NCBI GenBank assembly: GCA_951406725.2
Contig: OX597816.1
Location: 90,830,001 to 90,894,000, forward strand
Source of the DNA: Octopus vulgaris
Taxonomy: Eukaryota
DNA: 64,000 bases
Direction: 5' to 3'
Shown: piece by piece, positions 16,461 to 31,325 of the stretch
Numbering within the stretch: the stretch's first letter is position 1
How the letters are laid out: each line of letters starts with the position of its first letter
Translations under genes and position numbers: made by a program
The notes under the pieces: generated by a model
Seen by the model: only the letters and a program-made list of their open reading frames with translations
What the model was told of the DNA's origin: nothing
The model's database searches: none

Positions 16461-16495
<35 letters not shown>

Positions 16496-16595
16496 ATATA
16501 TATATATGTTTCTATGTATAGTTTCTATGTATATATGTATGTATATTGATCGTTGCCCAACGAACTTAAAGTCATATCAGCAGGCAAAGAAACTT

Positions 16596-16636
<41 letters not shown>

Positions 16637-16697
16637 ATACATACATACATACATACATACATACATACATACATTTATATATATATGCGTGTGTCCA

Positions 16698-16754
<57 letters not shown>

Positions 16755-17177
16755 GGCTATACATGAATATATACATATACATTCACACACATATACAATC
16801 ATACGTGGAATACATGTTGATAAGAAATTCATATTTCAACACACTTATATACAACTTTATGCAGAGCATGCTAATCTCAATGGTTAAATTTAACTTTAAT
16901 TTAATCCAATTTAATCCTTCATCTGATTTTTCCATTTAATTAATTTTTTGCAGCAATATCACTATAACACTAAAATAAATTTCAACCTCCAATTATTTCT
17001 TGCTCTATGCTATAAAGACGGAAATTGTGAGATTTATATTGAGTAGCTTCAATAACTTCATATGTGGTATTTCACCCTGAAACAACGTTTTACTAATTTA
17101 TGAATTATGAGTGTGTCTTATTTTCTAATGAAAAGAAAAGTTTTTGTTACTGGACAGGAAAATTACTTGATGCGTGA

Positions 17178-17216
<39 letters not shown>

Positions 17217-17258
17217 TATGTATTTGAAAATATATATATATATATATATTGAGAGAGA

Positions 17259-17302
<44 letters not shown>

Positions 17303-18916
17303 TATATATAGATATATAGATAGATGTATGATACAAAGATTTGATATTCATTCGGAAAACTATTGTTGAAATGTATTCTTGTTTTCTATTCTAGGTTAAG
17401 TAGTTAGAATATTTTAATAATATTCAAATACATTGTTTATTGGAAAGTAAATGGCATCAATGGGGAAAGTACGTTAAGTCTTTAGTGACCGTACATAGGA
17501 CACATGTCGTCAACATTATAATAAACTGAAAATGCATGTGTTTAGTATTCTGTTTAATGCTGTTGTACTGTATGTAGATTAGCAAAAGTGTAAGAGGGTG
17601 CAATGAATCAATTTAAAAAATAAAACTAAACCTGCATTTAATGATATGCTTTCAGTATTAGATTATTTGAACATGCTGCAGAAAGCATTTACACTTATTC
17701 AACTTTCGTGTTTATTTTTACAAAAGATTTGTATGCATTTTCATCTGAAGTTTTCTAATAGGGTTTGTCTAAATTTTGCTTCTTTCTTTGTTTCGTACGA
17801 ATAATGAGCGAACTCCGACCCAGACAGTACTACATTTCAAAAAATATTCGTATCCGGGGAAAAAAAAAAAGTAGTAATCATAAAATGTCGGATAGTGGCT
17901 CTCTATTCTACAGATAACTCAAAGAAAATGGCTTCCCTTCCTTTGGAAACCTTCCGCATTTTAAACTAAAACGCAAAGCACACCAACTAACAATGTGATC
18001 ATGATCCTCTTATGTAGTTAATATTTATATAAATGACGTAAGTGGCAGCCAAATATTAAATTAATTAAGGATATTCATAATAGATGTTGAATAAAACGAT
18101 TTCAAGAGTTTTGGGCTAGAAGTTTCGTCTTTCACTCTAACACCATCTATGGTATTGATAGGCAAATGTATAGCTTTGATATGTCTCATCTCTTTACCTT
18201 TAGTAAGTCCAAGAAAACGCATATAAACTAAGCCATTAAATTATGTATTATGATAAACAAAGTTGAATTCTTCATTTAAGTATAAGAAGATTAAACTCTT
18301 AACTTCCTGTAAGACACAGAACCACACGAGGCTACATCGGTCAGTTACGATATCGTACTAAACTTGTTTACGTTCATTTTAAGGAAGTGAGATTCTCCAA
18401 TATGAGGAAGAAACCTCAAATCCTTCCATTTTTTCCCCTCTAGCAGAATTATTGCGGGACTGGGCTTTTGACTGAGAGAATTTTGAATAGGATGTTAAAA
18501 GTTAAGTTGAATATCATAGTAAGATATTTAAGCTCTGAGCAAATTATAAGAACGAAACACAAGGCTAGAGAAATTGTTATTTTAAAAAACACAATAAGGA
18601 TCTTTTAGGAGCTTTGATGTTATCGGATAAATATTGTATAAATAACTTTTAAAATATTTTGTTCCTATGCATATCTATATTGATTTTTAGAGTGAAATTT
18701 GTTTTGCGAAAAAATCATAACTCTTTATGAATATACTACGGACATTAGGAATAGATTTCAATCCCAACCTTTAATAAGCGAGTTCAAATTTGAGTTAAGA
18801 TGCGTTCTTGTGAAGGTGCATCTTATCCTAAATATATGTAGAAGACTATACGAAAGTTAACATGAAACGTTTCAAATAATTCTGAATATCTCTGCTAGTA
18901 TAATCTTCCATCTTAA

Positions 18917-19312
18917 ACTTGTTTCAGCCATTAAACTGCGGTCATGCTGGAGCACCGCCTTGAAGCAGTTTAGTCGAATGAATCTACTCCAATACTTTGT
19001 TTCAAGCCTGGTACTTATTCTGTAGATCTCTTATACCGAACCGATAAGTTACGGAGATGCAAACACACCAACACTGGTTGACAAGCGGTGATGGGGGAAC
19101 AAACATAGGTACCAAGACACACACACACACACATATATATATATATTCGACGGGTTTCTTTCAGTTTCCGTCTACCAAATCTACTCACAAAGCTTTGGTT
19201 AGCTCGAGGCGAGAGTGGAAGACACTTATGCAAGATGTCATGCAGTGAGATTGAACCCAGAACCATGTGGTTGGGAAGCAAGTTTCTTATCACACAGCCA
19301 CACCTGCGCCTA
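18917..19312 (-). mobile_element. SINE family B, near full length
   Basis: On the minus strand: head GGCGCAGGTGTGGCTGTGTG...GGTTCAATC, an internal (TA)/(TG) tract, and tail GGCGGTGCTCCAGCATGACCGCAG...TGAAACAAGT. Confidence 0.85.
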
Positions 19313-19759
19313 TAATACGTATCTTGTCATAAAAAGAATTATATTAATTTACATATGCGTCAGCTGCTTAAAGTCATAAAAACATTTTCTTAAGATTTGT
19401 CTTTTGTCTTAATCGTACGGAAATTTCCCCTTTTCTCGACTTCAAAAACTTGAACAATTTACTTGTTTCAGCATATGATAATGCTGTTTGACAACTACTG
19501 CTACTGTTGTTCCTGTAGTGCATTGTTTTGTGGTTTTTGTTGTTGCTAATTTTGTATATGAAGTGTGCTAAGATTGTTGAAAGTGTCGTTAAGTTCGTTT
19601 TTGTTTTGTTTTGACCGACTTAACATTATTATCTTTTATATATAATTACAGGTAGTATAAATATGATCGTCATCATCACTATCACCATCATCAGCATTCT
19701 TTAATTCTTTCTTTCTTTCTTTCTTCTTTTCGTTAGAATAAGTGTTTAGTCATATTTCT

Positions 19760-22680
19760 TCACGTTCCTGTGTTCAAATCATGCTTAGGTCGACATCACC
19801 TTTTATCCGTTCAGTAAAATAGTATTAGCCGTGGACCGAGGTCGATTTCTTTTTCCAAAGTATGATGACTTATGTCTGTGTCAGAAATTATTATTATTAT
19901 CATTATTCGTCTGCGCTACGTTCTGAGTTCAAATTTCGTCGAGATGACATTGCCTTTCATCCTTTCGGGATCGATGAAATAAGTACAGATTACGCACTGG
20001 GGTCAGTGCAACTGACTTAATCCCTTCCCCCAAATTTGAGGCCTTGTGCTTCCAGTAGAAAGAATTATTATTATTATTATAAGGGCGGCGAGCTGGCAGA
20101 AGATTCTGGTTTCGATTCCTGAACCGGGTGATGCATTGCGTTCTTGAGAAAATCCAATTCATTTCACGTTACTACATTACTATCGGCTGGCAAAAATGAA
20201 TAATCCTGCGTTGGACCAGCATCCCGTCCTGCGGGAGGGACATATGTCCCCTACAGAATTCGAGAAACCGGCCTTATGAGCCTATGAATCGGAAAAGATA
20301 TTTGATCCCTTTTTAATGTGGCGAGCTGGCCGAATCGTTAGTATGCCGGGCAAAATGCTTAGCGCAGTTTCGTCCGTCATTACGTTGTGTGTTCAAATTC
20401 TACCGAGGTCAGCTTTGCTTTTCACCCTTCCAGGGTCGATAACTACTAGTTGAGCACTGGGGTCGATGTCATCGATTAGCCTTTTCCTTCAAAAATTTCA
20501 GGCCTTGTGCCTATAGCTGAAAGGATCATTATTATTTGGGGTCCTAATCCCGCCCATGTTTGCTTTCTCCTTATACTTCTGAGGTCGATAAATTAAAACC
20601 AGTTAAATACTATCTCGATTTTTTTATCATGAATTTGTGGACTTAGTTTCTAACATAGGCATAAGACCACAGTTTAGGAGTACGGGTGATTGGATCGAAG
20701 GCAAACTGACTTAAGCGGGATTTAAACTCAGAATGAAAAGGTCCGTAACTAAATATCCCAATGATTTTTTTGTGTGTTTTGTTTCGTTGATACTCTAACG
20801 ATTCTGGCAGATTAATATTATTATTGGTTTCAAGTTTTGGCACTAGGCCAGCAGTTTAAGGCGAGGTAGCTAGTTAATTACATCGGACACAGTACTCAAT
20901 TGATACGTATTTTATCGACCCCAAAAGGATGAAAGCAATTTCGACCTCGGTGGAATTTGAACTCAGAACGTAATGACGGGCTAAATGCTGTTAAGCATTT
21001 TATCCGGTGTGCAAACAACTTTGCCAGCATCAGTATTATTATCATAGGTTTCAAATTTTGGCACAAGGTCAGCAGTTGCGGGGAAGTGGATAAGTTGATG
21101 ATATGACCCCAGTACTCAATTGACACTTATTTTATTGTTTTCTACTCTTGGCACAAGGCCCGAAATTTTTGGGGAAGGGACCAGTCGATTAGAACGATCC
21201 CAGTACACAGCTGGTACTTAATTTATCGGCCCCGAAATGATGAAAGGCAAAGTCGACCACGGCGGAATTTGAACTCAGAATGTAAGGCCGGACGAAATGC
21301 CGCTAGCCATTTTGCACGACGTGCTAACAGTTCAGCCAGCTCGCCACCATAATCAGTATTATTATTATTAATAATAATTAAGGCGTGCAAATTGGTAGAA
21401 CCGTTACCGTGCCGGAAAAAAATACTTAGCGGTTTTTCTTCCGGCTTTAGGATCTAAGTTCAAATGTCGCCGAAGTCGACTTTACTTTTCATCCTTTCGG
21501 AGTCAATGAAATATGTTCCAGTAAAGTACCGAGGTCGGTGTAATCAATTTCAGGTCTTGTACTTATGGCTGAAATAATATTGATTGTTTCTGATTGCGGC
21601 ACACTGGCAACATTTTGGGAGCAAAGTGTTAGCTGCCACCAACACCAGTACTTGATTGGTACATTATTTTATCGACTTCACAGAAAGGCAAAACTGATTC
21701 CAACGAGATTTGAACTCAGAATGTAAAGAGTCGTAATTATACATAACAAAACACTCTAACGGTTCTGCCAAATCAATTATATCCTTACATATAATAAGCA
21801 TTTTTAATGTCATAAATCTAGGATCAAAGGTTAGTCGGATTATATCGATTGGGAGCAGTAGGGTTAGACTAGTACTAGACTGGTACTTTATTTGATCGAC
21901 TACAAAAGAATGAAATCAATGGAATTTGACCTCAGAATATCAAAATCGATAAGTATATTTGTTATGGCCCTATATATTTTGTATTCATATCCCTATGAGG
22001 TCGACTTGGTCTTTTATCTTTCCGGGATCGATAAAATAATATAGTAGCGCTACAATAGATCTAAAGGACTTCGACTACGCCCTCTCCACTCAAATTTCTG
22101 GCCTTGTGCCTTTCTTTCATATTACTATTATTATTAAGGGCGGTAGATTGACCGAATCATTAAAACGTCAGACAAAGTGCTTTGGAGATTTTGTTCCAGG
22201 AGTTCAAATCCTACCGAGTTTAACTTTGCCTCTTATTCTTCCGGAGTTAATACGATAAAGTGCTAGGCAATACTGGTGTAAATATAAGCGACCGTTGCTT
22301 TCTCCACCTATTGATTTCTGGCCTTCTTATGTGAGAAAGTACAGGGCACTGGCAGGGATAATCAAAGCATCGGACAAAACGGCTTGCAGTATTTATTCAG
22401 ACACTTCAGGTTCTGAGTTCAAATCCTTCCGGTATTGAGAACTTAGAGTATGGGTCAAATAACGTAAAGTCAATATAAACAACCATTTCCCACTGCTTAT
22501 GCTAGAAACAACTGTGATCCTGTACTTTACATTCTGAGTTCAAATCTCGTCGGAGTCAACTTCGTCTTCCATTCCACCCGAGGCTGATAAAATAAAGTAC
22601 AATGAAATATTGAGGTCGATGTATTCGACTAATTTTTCCCTTTCAAAAATACTGGCCTTGTACCTAAGTTATAAACCATT
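19760..22680. mobile_element. Cluster of many SINE family A copies and fragments in both orientations, separated by (ATT)n
   Basis: Repeated GAGTTCAAAT / ATTTGAACTC B-box and CTTTCATCCTTT / AAAGGATGAAAG core motifs of varying divergence. Confidence 0.85.
20103..20305 (+). mobile_element. SINE family D fragment with a V-SINE-like domain
   Basis: B-box-like GGTTTCGATTCC, then CCTGCGTTGGACCAGCATCCCGTCC...GAAACCGG. A related copy lies at about 42135-42320. Confidence 0.5.
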
Positions 22681-23494
22681 GGTGTGCGTACTTTTATTTC
22701 TAATTTTTATTCTACGCATCAATTATGAGACGGATTTGAATAAAGAGGCACAAAAAAAAGGAAGGAAAAGAAAAGAGGTACACTGACATAAGGGTATCTG
22801 CTTGAAACTTTCCGAAGGTCCCTGAATGTATGTCACGTGCAAACATTTATGTGTCGTCTGTGAAGTAGATAGCGTATATGAGTGTGGGTTTGTGATTGTG
22901 CCTCAGACGGAGCATGTATGAATATACACGACTGTTATTGGGGTGGGACAAGATATATATTGTGTGTTTACGTGTGCATGTCTATATGTGGCCGTGAGAT
23001 GAGTGCCTTTACGTTTGTGCGTGTGTGTATGTGTGTGTATATGTGTGTGTGTGCGTGTGTGTGTGTTATAAAAGAAGAAGGCCTCAATTTCTTCCACGTG
23101 TAAGTTACAAAGACAAGAAATAGTCTTCATCATGTACATTATATACAACTGTCACATCAATAACATTAACTGTAGTTAGTATAAGTAAGACAAGTGAATA
23201 TTTCTTTGAGAAGGAATACCATAGGCTGGGTGTGATGGTGGTGGTGGGGAGTGCATTAAAAGCGGCGAACAATTCAGATATATAAAAAATAATTCATACA
23301 TCGATCTTTCTGTCTGACTAGCTGTTTTGGTATGTATGTATGTATGTATGTATGTATGTATGTATGTATGTATGTATGTATGTATGTATGTATGATGTAT
23401 GTATGTATGTATGATGTATGTATGTATGTATGTATGTATGTATATGTACGTATGGATAGATATATCTGTGTGTGCGTATATGTATGTATGTATG

Positions 23495-23550
<56 letters not shown>

Positions 23551-23609
23551 CACACGTATGTATATACATATACACACATATATATACATATACTCATACA
23601 TGTGTGTGG

Positions 23610-23671
<62 letters not shown>

Positions 23672-23948
23672 TATACATGTATGTGTATGTGTATATATAT
23701 ATATGCATATTTATGGCTACTCTTTCACTGGTTCCAGCCTGAGGCTGAAGTAATGCTGGGACACCGCCGGACACTTAAATACACATGTGGCGTGCATATG
23801 TGTATGTATGTATGTATGTATGTATGTATGTATGTATGTATGTACACACACACATACGTAGATATATCTACTTACTGATATGGGTTATATAATTCATCTA
23901 CTATATAATTCATTTACCCTATGTGCCTGTCTGCGTGTGTATATATAT

Positions 23949-24019
<71 letters not shown>

Positions 24020-24376
24020 CACACACACACATATATATATATATATACACACATGAATGCGTATACATGTACATACACACACACACATCACGCATACACA
24101 AACATGTACACACCATGTATAGCTATGTTTGTATAGATGTAAGTAAAAATACATGGTTGATGTATTTGCTTTTGTTTACATGCCTTTCTGGTTCAGGCTA
24201 TGTGTGTGTGTGTTTATAAAGTTTTAAAGGTCCCTTTGCATACGTGGTAAATGTATAGGTACAGTCATGGTATATACGCATTTGGTGGAATAAGAGTATA
24301 CATATATCAGCCGGATACTATAAGTATTTGTATTTATGAATGTATTTGTGTATACACATGTACATGATTTATATGC

Positions 24377-24449
<73 letters not shown>

Positions 24450-24459
24450 TGTATGTATG

Positions 24460-24537
<78 letters not shown>

Positions 24538-24753
24538 CGTGGGGTTGCTGAAAAGTTCCTGCTGTAAGAGTATCGCAGAAGACCTGGTTCCTGGTTCCGA
24601 CTTCCGAGTTCTTTTACAGGGCTTAGAAAAACTGAAGGACCCCTGCAATAAGTGTTTGAATCTGAGACGGGAATATGTTGAATAAAATCATAATTAACAG
24701 ATCGTCCTGTATTTTCTATTACCAAAAACCGGGAACTTTTCAGCACCTCCACG
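24538..24753 (+). mobile_element. Mariner (Tc1/mariner) MITE
   Basis: TIRs CGTGGGGTTGCTGAAAAGTTCC / GGAACTTTTCAGCACCTCCACG with TA on both sides. The interior encodes a mariner-type transposase C-terminus, [22 protein letters not shown]. Confidence 0.85.
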
Positions 24754-24805
24754 TATGTGTATATGTATATGTATTTATATATGAACATATATAGTTTACC
24801 TAAGA

Positions 24806-24913
<108 letters not shown>

Positions 24914-25134
24914 ATGTGTGTACAAAGATAGCACATATACATACGTACATTATATGATACTCCTTACATGAACACAATCCCATTTACAAGATTTTGTTAT
25001 AATAATGTTGATAGTTATATTTTCACAGGATGTCATACATTGATACAATATTATAACTTCGTATATAATAAAGAATATAGTAATCAATTAACGCAGATAC
25101 TTTTGGTATGAATGTGTGTGTACGTGTGTGTGTG

Positions 25135-25180
<46 letters not shown>

Positions 25181-25470
25181 GCATACATACACACACTAAT
25201 GAATACTATGTGTATTAATTCTGATATAAGCGATCATAGAAAATATCTATACATGTGTGTGTGTATGATTGATAGATAGATAGATAAATTATCCATGTAA
25301 ACAACTATTTTCTCACATTTGTAATATACGTGTAGATGTGTATGTACGTGTTTGTATAATCATAACGCAGGTCCCATAAATGAACAGGGGAATTACTAGT
25401 GATGCATCGTTTGATTAGGGACAAGCTTACGCACAGTCGCGGATTCTTATACATCTTTATTTCAGCCTGT

Positions 25471-25563
<93 letters not shown>

Positions 25564-25608
25564 CACACACGCATATACATATTGGTGTGTGTGTATATAC
25601 ATACATAT

Positions 25609-25644
<36 letters not shown>

Positions 25645-28519
25645 CATACACATACATACATGCATACACATGTCTGTATGTATAGAAAAAGAGAGAGAAT
25701 GAGAGAGAGAGAGAAATAGCTGGATGTATATATTGAGACAGACAGGTAGCTATATACAGAGTGAGAGAGAAGTGTATGTGACTAACAATATGTTTTTTTG
25801 CATAAAATTCATAAAACATATATACTCATAAAATATATATACTTTGTCATTATGTATAGTATGTGTGCGTGCAGGTGCTTGTGTTTCTAGGTCTGTGTTT
25901 ATGTCATGCATCGTATACGTGTGCGTGTGTGTTTATGTTAGCATATGTGTGCTTGTAAGGGAGAAAGAATTTGCTGAAATAAAGTTATATATGGCAGAAA
26001 TGTCTAGGAAAAAGTTAATCGATGAGATGATAATATTTGGTAGTGAAAAGTGTACTTACCACCACATTCCAGTTGTGGCTGACGGCTCTATCACACTGTA
26101 TATACAAAAACAAGCGAAAATAATGGAGACCGGCGAAAAAACTGATCTGCCATTCCACATAACAGAACTTTGGGCCATTTCTCCGACGATCTTAAGAAAT
26201 CCTGGTATTGTATAGTCGGTGCTTGGTGTTATATCTGCCTTCTATATAATGTTTTAGTAGTTGTGTTTAGTAAGTTTTATTCCGAATTTACTATTATATA
26301 ATAATATTAATTAACTTATTTAATCCTTTTTCATCCATCACACATTCAAAAATCCATAAATATATATTTACATAAGTATAAATAGAACTACATATATAAA
26401 AAATATATACATATATGTATGTGTGTGTGTGCGTGTACGTGCGCGCTCATGTAAGTGTGTGCGTGTGAGCGTTCGCGCGTGTGTGTTTGTGAGAAGAGAG
26501 AGGGGAAAAGTATGATATTGGAAGGGAAAGAAATATAGAAGAGAGACTTGTCTATTTACAGATTGTGCACTTATAAATAAATAGATTGATGTATTGACAA
26601 ACGTGAAGTCAAAGTGATAGATAAATAGATAGACAGATAAGACAGAGAGAGGGAGAGAGAAGGAGGAGGGAAGAGAGTAAGATAGATGGATAGAGAGATA
26701 GCTGTACACTGTATTCAACACAGCGTATTTGTTGCTAATGCTCTCTTGAATTTAATGATGATAAAAGTACAAGTAGGATTAATTTATAAGTAGGAAGAAC
26801 TTAACTATGAAGTATATCTCTCAGCACACGCAAATACGCGAGTAATATTTTAAGTTATTCTTAAGAAGCTTGCATAGGTATTTTTAATGGAATTTTGAAC
26901 CAATGGATAAATGCACCAGTAAAATTGTCTTTTGAAGATATAATTATTTCAACTCAATATATAATCATGTATGCATGTATGTATGTATGTATGTATGTAT
27001 GTATGTATGTATGTATGTATGTATGTATGTATGTATGTATGTATGTATGTATGTATGTATGTGTGTGTGTGTGCGTACGTATGTGTGTATTTATGTATGA
27101 ATGTATATATGTGCCTATTTATTAATATACTTATATACAATATATACAAACGTGCTTATATCAAATTTAAATATTTTTGTGTTGATTGGTGTATGGCTTA
27201 TAAACAGATAAATTCTGTGTAAATATGTTTGCTTTTCCTTTCTTTACATTTAAATGTATTGTATTTTTCTCTAGAATTTCGATAGTTCTACTCCTAAAAC
27301 AACTTTTTGCTGCCAAAACATTTTCTCGCGTTCTCTTTTACTTTCATCTCTTACTTTCTCCTTTTTCTCTCTTTCTTTCTCTCATACACACACACACAAG
27401 CCGAGACACTCACACACGCATACATACACACACTTTTTCTCTTTTCCTTTTTACCTTCTCCTTCTCTTTCTTTCTCCCTAAATTTTTTTTTCTCTCCCCC
27501 CTTTTTTTTTCTCTCCTCTCTTTCTTTTGCTACTTTTCTTTAAGCGTTGTGTCTCAACACGTTCGGTTTCACGTTGCTCTTCCTCTTTTGGTATAACAAT
27601 CCTTTAATATAGCAAACACTTCCTTGGATGCATCCGCGTCTGTCCGGTCACGCTGTACAGCAGTAACTTGCTTCAATGAACTTTTCTTAAGTAATTACTT
27701 ATTCCTTTATTCTGGTTATCATAATTCTTTTTTTTTTTTTTACAACAAAAATAATCAACAACAGTAATAACAACCACAAAATCAACAACTACAACGTTCG
27801 CTAATGTTATTGTAACATGCTTTGTGTCAAAGGATGTTTTGCTGGGTTTTTAACTTATCGTTGTTAAGCTATTGGCATCGTCGCACTGCCTGTCCCGTGT
27901 TTCTTTGATAATTTCATTTATTCTTTCAAATTATTCATAATTGTTGTTGTTCTTTTAGAGGAGTGTCTTTAAAGTAAAAATAGGCGTTTTGGTTTCGTTG
28001 TTGCTGTTGTTGTTGTTTGATTCAGTATGTTTTCTAATTGGTTTGTCGATAATATCTAAAAACTTTCTCCTACAATAAGCTCCTTTTCTATCAGTTTGTG
28101 GGAGCCAGCTGGGCAGTTGTTAGGGCCGAGTTTGGTTGCCGAGTGGAGAGCCGAGGTATGACGCTCGGTACTGAGAGACTGATGGAACATCATAGCCTTA
28201 GAGAAATTAGAAACGAGGAAGTAAGGGAGGGGAAGAAAGAGGTTAGGCCCAGACGACAATATAACTACTGCTGCTGCTGTTGCTGACACTGGTGTTTCCC
28301 TTTGGGTTGTTTTTACTGCTGCTACTACTACTCATGTCGCTTATTGCTAGTGACGGCAGAAACAACGAGTAAGAAGAACAGCATATCAACCACACTACTA
28401 CTACTACTACTACTACTATTATATAGCAATAACAACAACAATAGCTATTGCTAGTGCGCGACCAGAAAGGAACCAGTAAAACAAACGACAGACATAACGA
28501 AGGCTCGCTAAAGCTGCTG

Positions 28520-28586
28520 CTGCTGTTGTTTGCTGCTGCTGCTGCTGCTGCTACTATTGCTGCTGCTGCTGCTGTTACTGCTGCTA
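28520..28586. repeat. (CTG)n-rich trinucleotide tract within a trinucleotide-repeat-rich block
   Basis: Read directly; (CTA)n, (GTT)n and (CAA)n tracts lie nearby at 27930-28450. Confidence 0.9.
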
Positions 28587-30432
28587 TGTGTGCAGGAGGC
28601 GGCGACAGTTTGTCGGCCTAAGGTTGTGTTTCCCCGCCTTTTTTTCCATTCTGAAACAGAAACTTTGCAAAAAAAAACAAAAAAAGAAGAAAAAAAAGAG
28701 CTTATAACACACACACACACACACGGTCAATGACGTTGTCGGCCGTATATCTTTTGCATACGTACATACAGAAACACACACACACGCGCACACACATACA
28801 TGCGCGGCGCGTACACACGCACATGCACACAGAACACAGTGAGTGATAAAATCAGATTTATCTGCAAAGCTGGGGCAATCTTAGCGCTGGATGGAAGTCG
28901 ATCTGGATGAGATGTGGCCGAGTGGAAAACTGCAATAAGTCATCGAAAGGGAACGATTTAAGTTATGAAAACCTGCATTTGCTGGGAACTACCGTCCATT
29001 ATCAAGTAAAAAAAAAAAGCAAAAACAACAACAGCAAAGCTAATTGATTCATAACAATTTCAGGTGATATATAAATACATACGTACATACATACACACAC
29101 AAACATATGTATCCATACACGCATATATATATATGTGGTTATATGTGTAAGGTGAGTATAGGGGTTCAAAGCTAATCTTTCTTTTTTCCTATTTTCTTTG
29201 TTATTTAGCAATCACCACCACTACCAACACCACCCCACATTACCATCATCATCATTCGCATCATCCTTAACGTAACCACCGCCAACACATCCATCATTGT
29301 CGCCGTCGTCAGTTACAATTGTAGTAGTAGTAGTAACATTTTTTTTTCTTTGCAAATTCAAGCATGTTTGGGTCAGTGGTGTGTTTTTATATTTATGCGT
29401 GTAATGTGCCCGGGTGTGTGTGTATGCATGTATTTATCTATGTCTAAATATAATGCGTTCGTTACATGTAATTTTTATATTTATCATAATTTTAATCAAG
29501 AATTTCATTTGGGTTGTGACTTAATCTATCTGGGAATATGTATGTTTGTGTATACACTTATACACAAGAAGTATAAGAAGTTGCATTTACTGCTTGTAGG
29601 CCGACTCAAGACTAGCACCCCTCTTGCATGCTATCTGTTTTTAATGCGATTGTACGAAAGTAACCGAGGTAGTATGCATTCTTTTGGTGGCGGCAAGCAA
29701 GAAAAGGAAATAGAAATATACAGCCTCTGAGTTTTAAATCTCTCTAAAGTGAATTTAAAATTAATATTTATACCTCCATTTTGTACACAGATTTGTTTAA
29801 TGGATGTTAGAAGTAGGCAGAAAGTTTGCCTTCATACATTACTGAATCTGGTTTGAGGTTCGTGTTTATCAAAAACAATCTCGTCCTATCACAGATACTG
29901 CCTTCTAAACACGGGATTGTAGAATATACATGGATGTTTGGTGTTGATTTAATGTACAAAACCGTCTCTTGTTGTGAAATAGGCTTTGTTGTTAGTCAAA
30001 ATATATAAATTATTGTTGGATTAATAAAATAATTTCGTCAAATATATGAATTTATGTTTGCTGGTCGATTCCTGTGTGTAATATATGATGAAGTCTTTCT
30101 TATGAGAATTCTAAACGAATTAATCAAAATCTACAAGCACACACATATACACACAACCCTCCTCATACACATGTTCATGTCCCACAAGAATATCTTGCAA
30201 AATTACATACATGCGAGTACGTGCATGTAAATATGTTTTTCCTTTTTTTTTCCTTGAAGCCAAATACAATCATGCACGGCTGGAATTATTTTGTTTGTAC
30301 TGCGTTGAATTGTGTTGTTGTATAGTATTGTGTGTGTAGAGAGAGAGAGATGTAAGACCAGAACTGTAAACTAGAGCCAACAACAACTTTTTATTTTCTG
30401 AAGGATAAAAAGGAAAAAAACGCAACCAAATA

Positions 30433-30644
30433 CGCGGGGGTACTGAAAAGGTCCTGTCTTTGGGTAAAAGAAAATACAGGTCGACCAGTTAATTATGGTT
30501 CTAATCAGCATATTCCCGTCTCAGATTCACACACGAATTGCAGCGGTCCTTCATTTTTTATAAACCTTGTAAAAGAACTCGGAAGGTTGAACCTCGAACC
30601 TTTCGTGATGCCCTTTAGGCCAGGAACTTTTCAGCACTCCCTGG
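30433..30644 (-). mobile_element. Mariner MITE, second copy in the opposite orientation
   Basis: TIRs CGCGGGGGTACTGAAAAGGTCCTG / CAGGAACTTTTCAGCACTCCCTGG, flanked by TA. The interior is the reverse complement of 24538-24753 (ATATTCCCGTCTCAGATTCA, GTAAAAGAACTCGGAAG). Confidence 0.85.
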
Positions 30645-30666
30645 TACAGATTTCGGATATTCACGA

Positions 30667-30876
30667 CTGGCAGAAACGTTAGCACGCCGGGCGAAATGCG
30701 TAGCCGTATTTCGTCTGTCGTTACGTTCTGAGTTCAAATTCCGCCGAGGTCGACTTTGCCTTTCATCCTTTAGGGGTCGATAAATTAAGTACCAGTTACG
30801 CACTGGGGTCGATGTAATCGACTTAATCTGTTTGTCCTCTCTGTGTTTAGCCCCTTGTGGGTAGTAAAGAAATAGG
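30667..30876 (+). mobile_element. SINE family A (long-tail subfamily) with TSD
   Basis: Consensus-like body. TSD GGATATTCACGACT (30655-30668) / GGATATTCACAACT (30875-30888). Confidence 0.9.
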
Positions 30877-30919
30877 ATATTCACAACTTCATCGCATCGG
30901 CGCACATTTATTCCCACGT

Positions 30920-31142
30920 CTTTTATCTTTTACTTGTTTCGGTCATAGGGCTACGGCTATGCTGGAGCACCGCCTTGAAGGGCTTTTTTTTTATTCGAAC
31001 GAATCGACCACAGCACTTATTTTGTTAATGCCTGGTACTTATTCTATCGATATCTTTGGCCAGTTACGGTGGACGTAAACAAACCGACACCGGTTGTCAA
31101 TCGGACAACACAAAGATACACAGAGACAGATACATACATGCA

Positions 31143-31198
<56 letters not shown>

Positions 31199-31325
31199 AG
31201 TTTCCGATTACCGAATCCACTAGGAAAAACTTCGGTCGGCCCGGGGCTATAGTGGGACACACTTGCCCAAGATGCCATACAGTGGGACGGAATCCGTAAC
31301 AATGCGATTGAGACTCTTCTTACCA
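30920..31325 (-). mobile_element. SINE family B with internal (TATC)n
   Basis: TTTTACTTGTTTC...GCTGGAGCACCGCC...GGTCGGCCCGGGGCTATAGT...ACTTGCCCAAG. Confidence 0.8.

Noticed and set aside
28508-28733. Poly-L, poly-S or poly-Q ORFs resembling a signal peptide or polyQ protein
   Set aside because: They derive from the (CTG)n tract and end in poly-A/(CA)n sequence, with no domain or splice support.
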